DNA of 24,401 nt from a virus. Lineage: Duplodnaviria > Caudoviricetes. Positions 7,838 through 16,100 of this stretch are shown piece after piece (the stretch's first letter is position 1; each line of letters starts with the position of its first letter). The notes beneath the pieces were generated by a model. It did no database searches and was not told the origin of the DNA. It was given only the letters and a program-made list of their open reading frames with translations. Location: IMG/VR virus record IMGVR_UViG_3300032218_002933, positions 1-24,401 of that record, one strand, 5' to 3'. The position numbers and the translations under genes are program-made.

Positions 7838-8570
7838 TTATATACTCCTTGACAAGTCCAGAACGAACAATATCATCAACACCAAACTCTATTATATCAA
7901 TAGATGGCATTTTACGCAAAATATTCATAAAATCAACAATTCCATTGCGCTCATTAGATTTCTGCAAATCCGACTGAGTAGCATCTCCACAAAACATAAT
8001 CTTAGAGTTCTCACCGACACGAGTGATGATTGAATCCAGTTCATGTGCTGTGCAGTTTTGAAACTCATCTACAATCACAATTGAATTATCAAGCGTGGTT
8101 CCTCTTAAAAATGAGGTGCTCCAGAACTTAATTGTTTCTTGTGCCTTGAGATTACCATAAAGCATCTCAAACTCAGCATCAGAAGGCATCTGGAACATAT
8201 ATTTGACCATATTCTTATAAGGAATTTGGTAGATATCTGACTTATCCTCATAAGAACCAGGAAGAAAACCAATTTCTCTGGTAGCAACTAAAGATCGAAC
8301 CAGATAAATTTTCTCATAAGGAGTTCTTTCATCAAGAACTTCACAAAGAGCATTATAAAGAGTAATGAAAGTTTTACCCGTTCCTGCACAACCATATGCT
8401 ACAAGATGTTTACCTTCTGCATATGCATCAAAAAGTTTTCTTTGATTGTCTGTAAGAGGTTCAATATCTAATAGATATTCACTTCCAAGTGCCTTTTTTC
8501 TCTTCATCTGACGGGTTGTAATACCAACGCCGATTGGTTGGTCATTCGTCGTTCTTTTTCTTCTTGCCAT
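7812..8570 (-). CDS. phoH: PhoH-like ATPase
   Basis: GCAGTGKT Walker A, REIGFLPG, FLRGTT, IVDEFQN, GDATQSDL, DIVRSGLV. Confidence 0.96.
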   Translation of the reverse strand: MARRKRTTNDQPIGVGITTRQMKRKKALGSEYLLDIEPLTDNQRKLFDAYAEGKHLVAYGCAGTGKTFITLYNALCEVLDERTPYEKIYLVRSLVATREIGFLPGSYEDKSDIYQIPYKNMVKYMFQMPSDAEFEMLYGNLKAQETIKFWSTSFLRGTTLDNSIVIVDEFQNCTAHELDSIITRVGENSKIMFCGDATQSDLQKSNERNGIVDFMNILRKMPSIDIIEFGVDDIVRSGLVKEYIIAKINSSL

Positions 8571-8812
8571 TAGATTTTCTTTACGTTAGATCCAGGCATT
8601 TTAGCAGCACGTCCTAAAACGTCATTCCATCCTGGGTTTTTTTGAATCAGTTTATTTTGCCAATCTCCAACTTCTCCAGGAGAAGCAGATCCTTGAGACC
8701 AATCACGTTGCCAATCGGGATTTTCTTTATACCAATCCATGATGTCATTAACACTCATTTCAATCACTTTAGTTTCGCCAGTTTTTTTGTTTATAATCGG
8801 ATATATTGCCAT
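8570..8812 (-). CDS. Conserved cyanophage hypothetical protein between thyX and phoH
   Basis: YPIINKKTGE...NPDWQRDWSQG...GWNDVL..KMPGS; conserved position; coupled to phoH. Confidence 0.75.
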   Translation of the reverse strand: MAIYPIINKKTGETKVIEMSVNDIMDWYKENPDWQRDWSQGSASPGEVGDWQNKLIQKNPGWNDVLGRAAKMPGSNVKKI

Positions 8813-8834
8813 GAAATTTAATAATGTGTATCGT

Positions 8835-8841
8835 TATTTAG
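8835..8841 (-). promoter_or_regulatory. Late promoter CTAAATA overlapping the thyX stop codon
   Basis: tatttag at 8835-8841, about 22 nt upstream of ATG 8812. Confidence 0.55.
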
Positions 8842-9473
8842 ACCCACTCAAGGGCTTGCGAAACTGATGGGAATTGTTCGATAAATACCTTCTTACATTC
8901 CTCTGCAATTATCATATGTTCTTTCTGAGTTCCATGAGCAGAGCGTAGATTAATATAATGTATCCATGACCTGCACGAACCTGTCATATAGATTCTAGTG
9001 GGAACTGCCAAGGGCAATACAAACCTTGCACACTCTTTTGCAACTTCTGCCTCTAAGAGTTCCTTGTAAAGGTTCTGAGCAGCATTAAAGTGATCTTGGA
9101 TCTTGGAGTATAGTTGAGCAGTAAGATCTGCTGGAAGATCATCTGTGGAGTTCTGACGGTTCTTTGTGTCTTGCCTACGAAGTTCGGGAAGAGGAATCTC
9201 TTCTGCAATCAGATTTGTGTCCGCATAACGCTGCGAAAACTCTTGAAATGTAAAACTGCGATGCCTTAGAATCTGTGCGGCAATACCACGAGTAGTCTCA
9301 ATTTCAAGAGTCATAGAAGATTGCTCAAACACAGACCAATGATTATGCTTAATACAATAAGCAAGCAACTTGGAATAGTTTTCGTTGTCTTGATTCGCAG
9401 GATTAGAAACTCGTGCAATAAATGCCATTGTTTTTTCTGCATCTGGAGTTACGCTAATAAGTTTTACTGTCAT
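8838..9473 (-). CDS. thyX: Flavin-dependent thymidylate synthase
   Basis: HWSVFEQ, ThyX motif RHRSFTFQEFSQRY (RHRx7S), KECARFVLP, RSWIHYINLR. Confidence 0.97.
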   Translation of the reverse strand: MTVKLISVTPDAEKTMAFIARVSNPANQDNENYSKLLAYCIKHNHWSVFEQSSMTLEIETTRGIAAQILRHRSFTFQEFSQRYADTNLIAEEIPLPELRRQDTKNRQNSTDDLPADLTAQLYSKIQDHFNAAQNLYKELLEAEVAKECARFVLPLAVPTRIYMTGSCRSWIHYINLRSAHGTQKEHMIIAEECKKVFIEQFPSVSQALEWV

Positions 9474-9640
9474 TTTTTTCCAAATCCTTTTGATGTTTGT
9501 GCTTCTAATTCTAAAAGTTCTTCTTCCAAAATTCTAAGTTGTGATTTCATTTCAATCAATTGCTCTGAAGTATATAAATTCTCTTGTTTAATCAATCTAC
9601 GAAGCAATTTCATCATTTTTCTTGCTCTGTCAGTCGGCAT
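9470..9640 (-). CDS. Small conserved coiled-coil hypothetical protein
   Basis: KMMKLLRRLIKQENLY...KGFGKK; ATGA overlap with thyX; start at 9640 is a best guess. Confidence 0.6.
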   Translation of the reverse strand: MPTDRARKMMKLLRRLIKQENLYTSEQLIEMKSQLRILEEELLELEAQTSKGFGKK

Positions 9641-9797
9641 ACTCATCACCATCCTCAAAAATTTCGTCGTAATCTAATTCTTTTGGGTTAATATCATCAT
9701 ATCTATATGATGCTACATCAGAATAAATTTCTGCTTTCAAAGAATCAATTAAAAGTTCAAGATTACGGATAATAAGTTTTACTTTTTCTTGGTCCAT
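9630..9797 (-). CDS. 55-aa acidic conserved cyanophage protein (not in ORF track)
   Basis: Manual translation MDQEKVKLIIRNLELLIDSLKAEIYSDVASYRYDDINPKELDYDEIFEDGDEYAD*; a promoter lies just upstream. Confidence 0.75.
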   Translation of the reverse strand: MDQEKVKLIIRNLELLIDSLKAEIYSDVASYRYDDINPKELDYDEIFEDGDEYAD

Positions 9798-9818
9798 AAG
9801 TTAGAATTCTTTCAATTT

Positions 9819-9847
9819 ATTTTAGCATAAAAAAAGGAGGGGATCAA
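9819..9847 (-). promoter_or_regulatory. Sigma70-type promoter embedded in the upstream terminator
   Basis: TTGATC (9847-9842), 17-nt spacer, TAAAAT (9824-9819), with an extended -10 TG. Confidence 0.55.
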
Positions 9848-9854
9848 CCCCTCC
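9829..9854 (-). terminator. Rho-independent terminator of the riboswitch-peptide transcript
   Basis: Minus strand GGAGGGG-TTGAT-CCCCTCC-TTTTTTT: perfect 7-bp stem followed by U7. Confidence 0.88.
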
Positions 9855-9860
9855 AGAATA

Positions 9861-9959
9861 TCAGCGCATCGCCATCGCTAGTTTTGCTTGGTGTTTACGC
9901 TGTTCTTTTTCTTTTTGCTGTTTGATTAAAATAAGTTGCCAGTTGCTTTTTGTTTTCAT
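9861..9959 (-). CDS. 32-aa basic peptide downstream of the glutamine riboswitch (not in ORF track)
   Basis: MKTKSNWQLILIKQQKEKEQRKHQAKLAMAMR*; strong SD AAAGGAG 7 nt upstream of the ATG; own terminator. Confidence 0.8.
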   Translation of the reverse strand: MKTKSNWQLILIKQQKEKEQRKHQAKLAMAMR

Positions 9960-9989
9960 TAGGGTGCTCCTTTACTTTATGGGTATTGG

Positions 9990-10034
9990 TGCGTTCCTTC
10001 GGTATTCCTACTTCCGCCCATAAGGGTGAACGTT
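9990..10034 (-). ncRNA. Glutamine riboswitch (glnA RNA motif, glutamine-I)
   Basis: Minus strand CGUUCA-CCC UUAU GGG-CGGAAGUA-GG AAUA CC-GAA-GGAACG gives P1 (CGUUC/GAACG), P2, the AGUA/GAA E-loop and P3, as in cyanobacterial glnA RNAs. Confidence 0.85.
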
Positions 10035-10038
10035 CGAT

Positions 10039-10045
10039 TATTTAG
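10039..10045 (-). promoter_or_regulatory. Late promoter CTAAATA directly upstream of the riboswitch
   Basis: Predicted +1 near 10032-10034 coincides with the 5' end of the aptamer. Confidence 0.6.
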
Positions 10046-10056
10046 TCAATCAATTT

Positions 10057-10072
10057 TGTAACATTTGATACA
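10057..10072. promoter_or_regulatory. NtcA binding site
   Basis: TGTA-ACATTTGA-TACA is a perfect GTA-N8-TAC with flanking T/A, next to a nitrogen-sensing riboswitch. Confidence 0.78.
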
Positions 10073-10132
10073 ATTTTAAAAACCTTCGCGTGAGAAAATT
10101 TTGGGGAGATTTTTTTTCACCTATTTTGGAAA

Positions 10133-10489
10133 TCACTTCCGTTTTTTCTTTTCGGGTGCCTTGTATCCCCAAAGTTTTGGACTAATTCTACCATATCCAA
10201 AATCAATTTTCTGAACTACACCAGGTCCAAATTTATCATAGTAAAGATCAAAAATTTTAGATCTGGTTCCCCTACAAAGATCCATATGATTTTCCTCACC
10301 TATTTGATACCAAATTAAATATGCATCATTAGGCCAAGAAGGATCCTTTACTTGATCAAGAGTTGCATTTTCAACCAAAATTTGGCATCCATACCTTGGA
10401 GGAAGACTTTCTTTTTCTTCTTTTGTCCATTCAGTCATTTCTTCCTCCTCCCTAACACTTTCAATAACATCACGAAGTTTACTACTCAT
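10133..10489 (-). CDS. Conserved cyanophage hypothetical protein
   Basis: YGCQILVE..PNDAYLIWY..DLCRG..IFDLYYDKFG..IDFGYGRISPKLWGY; start MSSK at 10489 gives an ATGA overlap with the upstream gene. Confidence 0.75.
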   Translation of the reverse strand: MSSKLRDVIESVREEEEMTEWTKEEKESLPPRYGCQILVENATLDQVKDPSWPNDAYLIWYQIGEENHMDLCRGTRSKIFDLYYDKFGPGVVQKIDFGYGRISPKLWGYKAPEKKKRK

Positions 10490-11094
10490 ACACGATTTCC
10501 CCATTTAATATCTGGATATGCTTCTGCAACAATTTCTTTAGTAATTTTATATTTTGTTTCTAATTTTTTATCTTTAACAAGAATAAGAATTTCTGCTTCA
10601 AGTGGATGAAGACCTTGAAGAACATTAATAAACATAGTTTCTCTACGAAGAGAACTTAGTCCATCATTACCACCACGAATAAAATTATAGAAGCGATTAT
10701 ATTCTTTACGTATTGTGGTTTGTCCCTGATCGTTCATTCCTAAAGAATTAGATCCCATCTCCTCCATTTTATTTACTGCATCAATCACCTTATCACTCAT
10801 AGTACCGCTAAATGAGTTTTGCTCTCCAGTACTAGCATAAGGAACATCTCCTTCTGGAAGAGCAGATACAAGGCTCTCATCAAAGTTCCAAATAAAGATT
10901 GCTTTCAAAGAAGGATCTTCATATTTTTTAAGAAGTTCAACTTTTTTAGAATTAACTCTTTGATTAGAAACCAATTCTAAAACTTCAAACGAAAAAGGAT
11001 TTACAGGAAGATCCTCTAATATTTTCTTAGTCTGTGCAGATGTTGTCCTTGGTTTAGAAGTTCTATTCGTCTTCTTCTGTGTCGTCGTTGTCAT
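10486..11094 (-). CDS. Conserved T4-like phage protein (DUF6433-like)
   Basis: IFIWNFD..SALPEGDVPY, FYNFIRGGN..LRRETMFINVLQGLHPLEAEIL..VKDK; likely start MTTTT at 11094. Confidence 0.75.
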   Translation of the reverse strand: MTTTTQKKTNRTSKPRTTSAQTKKILEDLPVNPFSFEVLELVSNQRVNSKKVELLKKYEDPSLKAIFIWNFDESLVSALPEGDVPYASTGEQNSFSGTMSDKVIDAVNKMEEMGSNSLGMNDQGQTTIRKEYNRFYNFIRGGNDGLSSLRRETMFINVLQGLHPLEAEILILVKDKKLETKYKITKEIVAEAYPDIKWGNRV

Positions 11095-11287
11095 AATAGT
11101 TCTCAAAATTAAATGCAATTACCTCATCGGGTATAAGATTACCCTGCGAATCAAACATTTCAGGGTGAGGTCTTGGAATTTCCCTGTAATTCATCACATA
11201 CTCTCTAGCGACCCATCCAGATAGCAATCCAACAATAAAAAACAAAATGGTCAGGAATGAACCAAACACTAAACTTGTTGCTAACAT
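11063..11287 (-). CDS. Small single-pass membrane protein, conserved in cyanophages
   Basis: Hydrophobic N-terminus, HPEMFDSQGNLIPDE motif, acidic tail. Confidence 0.7.
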   Translation of the reverse strand: MLATSLVFGSFLTILFFIVGLLSGWVAREYVMNYREIPRPHPEMFDSQGNLIPDEVIAFNFENYYDNDDTEEDE

Positions 11288-11490
11288 TTTTCTTTTCCTC
11301 GGGAACTACTGGATTTCTTTATATCTAAAGAAAATTCAAGGTAAATGGTTAACTCCCGATTAAGAAAGCAAACCAATTTTTCAAAAATAATCTGAAAATA
11401 TTTGGGGCGCTTTCTTTTACCTCCGCTTAGGATAAGTTCTAGACCACGATTAATGTGAATCTTAGAATTATTTATATTCGTATCAGACAA
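11281..11490 (-). CDS. Conserved hypothetical protein
   Basis: INRGLELILSGG motif; overlaps both neighbours. Confidence 0.6.
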   Translation of the reverse strand: MSDTNINNSKIHINRGLELILSGGKRKRPKYFQIIFEKLVCFLNRELTIYLEFSLDIKKSSSSRGKEKC

Positions 11491-11719
11491 TTTGTCTCTC
11501 TTTTAAAAATTTAACAGTATCAATACACCCACCGAGTTTCTTATCATCACAAAGAACTTGTGGAAATGTGGATCCTTCACCAAACTCAGAATAAAACTCT
11601 TCTTTGGTAAAATCTTCTCCTAAAGTATACACCACAAAGTTATTTCCTGTCAACTCCAGTACTTGTTTAACTTTATGGCAATAGGGACAATCTTGTTTTG
11701 AATAAATTGTAAAGTTCAT
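11483..11719 (-). CDS. nrdC: Glutaredoxin
   Basis: CPYC active site, TFPQV, GGC. Confidence 0.93.
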   Translation of the reverse strand: MNFTIYSKQDCPYCHKVKQVLELTGNNFVVYTLGEDFTKEEFYSEFGEGSTFPQVLCDDKKLGGCIDTVKFLKERQIV

Positions 11720-11741
11720 ATTTCTTAATGATTTTAATTAT

Positions 11742-11748
11742 TATTTAT
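11742..11748 (-). promoter_or_regulatory. Late promoter ATAAATA for the glutaredoxin operon
   Basis: tatttat at 11742-11748, about 22 nt upstream of ATG 11719. Confidence 0.55.
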
Positions 11749-11749
11749 T

Positions 11750-12334
11750 TTACAATTTTATATCAAAACTTATCACAATTTTATCCAAATCAGTTTTATT
11801 AGGTTCACTATAATAAGTCAAAGTAGATGGAAAAATAATTAATCTTCCATCTGCAGAAGGGATATTAACATTAGTTGAAAAATACATGTCCTTCATATTT
11901 TTATTCAGTATTCTATGAAAGAAATGATTATGGTGTTGTGAAAGAAAAACAAAATCTCCAGAAAATCTAAATGGACAATCAACAACTAAAATACCTGTTA
12001 TATCATATTCAGAACGAACTTGTGGTTCAATATACCCATTCGGTTTAATTACAGAAACATCAGACCTAACAATAGATGATGGAGATATTATATTTAAATC
12101 ATCTATCACAGGGGATAGAGAAGTTTCAATCTCACTATAGATTAGGGGAAAATATTTCTGAAATTTAAGTAAATTAAATATATTTTCAGTAGTGACGTTT
12201 ACATTTTCTTCAACATATTCACGTATATCCTTAATAAAATCATCCTTTACTTTATAAAAATTAGGTACTTCCCTAATAATAATGGGCGTTGGAAACGCTG
12301 GAAAAACATCAACTGCAGTTTCTTCTTGATTCAT
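11750..12334 (-). CDS. TIGR02466-type 2OG-Fe(II) oxygenase-fold protein with degenerate metal ligands
   Basis: FPTPI start, GDFVF, GRLIIFPSTL..SEPNK...IVISFDI scaffold; HxH replaced by QVR and distal His by Y; SD AAGGAG present. Confidence 0.65.
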   Translation of the reverse strand: MNQEETAVDVFPAFPTPIIIREVPNFYKVKDDFIKDIREYVEENVNVTTENIFNLLKFQKYFPLIYSEIETSLSPVIDDLNIISPSSIVRSDVSVIKPNGYIEPQVRSEYDITGILVVDCPFRFSGDFVFLSQHHNHFFHRILNKNMKDMYFSTNVNIPSADGRLIIFPSTLTYYSEPNKTDLDKIVISFDIKL

Positions 12335-12357
12335 AACTAATAACTCCTTTTAATTTT

Positions 12358-13164
12358 TTAAAATCCGTCTTCATGCCAACATTCATTATACCCATATTTT
12401 TGTTCTTCATATGGATAAGAATTTAAATTTTTCTTTGGCCAACTTAAATCAACATTTGTTCTTGGAAAAGATTTAAATAAATTTTTCGTAATTGTATTAC
12501 TTACTACCAAAGATTCTTGCCAATTAGAAGACCCATCAAAGAGATACTTTTCTGGTTCAATAAGAAAAATTTTAATCCTATCATCAAAATTTGAAGCATA
12601 ATTAGCACCAATATATGTTTCAGATCTAATAAAGTATCCATAGTATTTCCAAAGATCTTGTTTTGGAATTCTAACTTTATCAGTAACATTATTAATTTTA
12701 AGTGGTATATCAAAAAGTTTAATTAAATCACTTGTTTTACCCCAGAATAAATGATCTCTGGGATGAAACAAAAGATGTGGATACATTCCAGGAACAAATA
12801 TAAGATGATCTTTCCTATTCTCTATAAAAAAGTTATACATGACCATCATACTATTATAATCGTATAACTGATCAGTACGCATTTTAATAGCATATTCTGT
12901 TTTAACTTTTTTCAATCCATTGAAAGAACTAACTATTTGCAAATTAATATTATCATCACCAAAAGTTATTGGTTTTTGATTACTGACTAATACAATTCCA
13001 CTACTAAAATTTCTTTTGGAATGAACATTATCTTCGTTCCAACAAGAAAGAATGATGTTATTTACAAATGGTAACTTAGAATAATTTTCAATTATCTCTT
13101 CAGTAAATTCTGTATATTGACCCTGCAGAACAATATCTAATTTTTCATAGGAATTGTTCTGCAT
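12358..13164 (-). CDS. wavE: WavE lipopolysaccharide-synthesis family protein
   Basis: DIVLQG, IILSCW, NINLQIVSSFNGLKKVKTEYAIKMRTD, HPRDHLFWGKT.DL, SETYI. Confidence 0.75.
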   Translation of the reverse strand: MQNNSYEKLDIVLQGQYTEFTEEIIENYSKLPFVNNIILSCWNEDNVHSKRNFSSGIVLVSNQKPITFGDDNINLQIVSSFNGLKKVKTEYAIKMRTDQLYDYNSMMVMYNFFIENRKDHLIFVPGMYPHLLFHPRDHLFWGKTSDLIKLFDIPLKINNVTDKVRIPKQDLWKYYGYFIRSETYIGANYASNFDDRIKIFLIEPEKYLFDGSSNWQESLVVSNTITKNLFKSFPRTNVDLSWPKKNLNSYPYEEQKYGYNECWHEDGF

Positions 13165-16100
13165 TAGATTTTTTTTTCAATATGAATGTCAAAGTTTTTT
13201 AAATTTTCAACCACAATATTGTAAATATCTTGAGGTAGATCTGGATCATTTGAAATATCTAAAAAGATATTTTTCGATTCTTCAACCTTACCCCAATACC
13301 ATCCAGACAAAGCTTTCTCAAATAAAAGACCACACTTGCCAGGATATTCAACATTTGTAGAAGTTTTTTCAGAAGAAAAATCACAAATACTCAATCCCAA
13401 AGAAGAATACTTATAACAATCGCTCCATTGATGCCTCTTTTCATGGAACCTAGCAAGTAAGAAATAAGCTTCTGGTCGATTTGGCATTAAGCATAATGCT
13501 TGTTGCAGTAAAGAAATTGCTGTACCATCTCTAGTTCCTTGCTTATCATAACAATGATGGCATTTGATTAATGACTCATAGATCATATTTTCATCTTCAA
13601 ACCTTTCAGAAGATCTTAAGAAGTATGATAATGCTGGTGCAGTATGTCCTTCTTTTTCATACCACAATCCAACATTAAAATTATTTTGAGGATTTTCTGG
13701 ATCTAATGAATACTCTGTTAAAATAGTTTCCAATTCAGTTTTAACTCTAGGAATATCAATTTTGTTTTGAGATTCTTCAATAACAAGTTGAGTAGGAATA
13801 AAATCAGAAACAATTTCTGAAAGTTTTAACTTATCATTATTTTTCCACCAATCAATTACATATTGATAAGTTTCTTGATGATATTCTTTATTTTCATTTT
13901 CAAGTTCAGTATGTCCATAAAAAGTAGAAGTCAAATTTTGATCTTCTACAAAAAGATTGATAGCATAAACTTTACCCATCCCATAAAATAAAACATTTTC
14001 TGGCATAGGATAAAAATTTGTTCCTGGAATTTCTAACCTATAAGAATCACCATCACAATATCTTTCGATAACTTTTCTGGCATAATCTCTAGTTAAAATA
14101 TAAGCAGTAACAGACCAATCATACATCGATCTCTCTCTGAGTTTAATCTCATCATAATTGGTTTTAATACAACAAAGTTGAACACACTCAGCATCTTCTG
14201 GCAACAATTCAATAAAATCATTCCAAGTAAAATTCCAATACTGAACTGTTTCTAAACTTAAATCATCTTCACAAAAGAACCCATAATCTTCATCAGTTTC
14301 TTCATACCATTTTTTAATCATCTTAATGTGAGAAACTACACAACCAATAGTTCCATCATCAAGAATATGAAGTTGTTCTCCATAAACTTTATCATCACAA
14401 TATTTAAATCTCCTAGAGAGAACTTCTCTGAACTTTTCAACTCCGCTGTAAAAAAATTGAGATCTTAAAGACTCTCTTCTTTCAACACTTTCATCCAAAC
14501 TTATATAATTTACACTAGGAAAATCTAAAAGTTTAATTCTATTTGTAAGAATTTTATTTGCACTTAAGTTAAAACCCATTTCTTTCCACCAATTAATTAC
14601 ACTATTATAGGACATATGGTGATCATAATCAAGATCACTTGTGTTATTTTCTATCTGATAAGAAGATTTAAAAGAAGTATCTTCAACAAAAAGAGGGAAT
14701 GTATAAACTCTATTAGTTAAACTAAAGAGAACTGTTTCGACAACAGGAACCAAAGCCCAATCTGGTCTGTGTTGCATATCGTGACATTTAGAATCTAGAT
14801 AAAAATTATCATCAAAATGATAAGTATCAATCAGTTTTTGTGCATAATCTCTTTTGATCAAATATGCACATGCAGACCAATCTCCCCAACATCTATTTTT
14901 AAATTCAATATTAAATTCAACTCCTTGAATAACACATAACTGAATACAATCCCACTTTGAAGGAAGAGTATCCACAAATTCTTCCCAAGTAAAATTCCAG
15001 TATTGAACCGTTTCTAAACTTAAATCATCTTCACAAAAGAAAGCATATTCATCATTTGTATTATTCAACCACTCTTTAATTGCTTTTAAATGTGACGTAA
15101 CTGGTCCTCTACTACCTTGACTTAATCGATAATCACCATTATCTTCTAGATAATTACTAATTATTATATGATCGTCATCACTATATTTTTTAAATATATG
15201 AGGTGTTATATTTTCTATATGAAATATTTTAAATTTTTCATATAAATTTTTTCTTCTTTCTTCAGAATGATCAACACTTATAAAATGAACAGGAGGAAAA
15301 TTTTTAAGGCGATCTGTTATAGTATCATCAACTATTTTTGCAAGATAGTAATTGTTAGATTTTTTATGTATCATCCAATTAGTATGAGTATCATCATAGT
15401 AATTTTTAATCTCACCAGATTTTTGAGCGTTTCTTTCATTATGCTTTAATGTTAAAACATAATCAACTTGCCATTGCAATTCTTCACCAGAATATTTTGT
15501 AGATAATAGATTTACTAAATCATCTCTTAAATTCGGTTCTTCACTAAAAGATTTAAAATTCTCAAAACGTTTTGTATCTTGATGAGGAATGTGGAAAATA
15601 TGATAATCATAATCCAATTTTTTATGTTCAAGACCAAGTAATTCTAAACGTTTATAAATTTCATCATCTTCATAAGAATAATGCTCTGATAAATTTTCAT
15701 TATACCCATTAACCTTTAAAAGATTTTCTTTGGAGATATACAAAAGACCTGTTAAAAATTTATAATAAGAACTATAAGTATTATGATAATCGGAAAATTC
15801 ATCCATGGTCATTTTTGACCTATCTACCAAATAAGATCCAGTAGCTTCATCATAAAATTCTGGACTTTTATAAGATGGTTTACCACTAACAAAAGAATTA
15901 TCGTCTATTTTATACTTATCAAAAAAACAATAATAAGGACTTAATACATAATCACAGTCAACTTTTATAATATAATCTCCTTTAGTTTGTGATATAGCAA
16001 GATTTAATGGTTGAGGTTGGTTAAAATATTTTTGGTCTTCTACTCTGATAATTTTTATTCTACTATCCAAACAAGTCAAGTTTTCTAAACTTTCATCAGA

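Noticed and set aside
8570-8841. Pho box upstream of phoH
   Set aside because: No tandem PyTTAAPyPy-type repeats seen; phoH appears to be co-transcribed in a core operon
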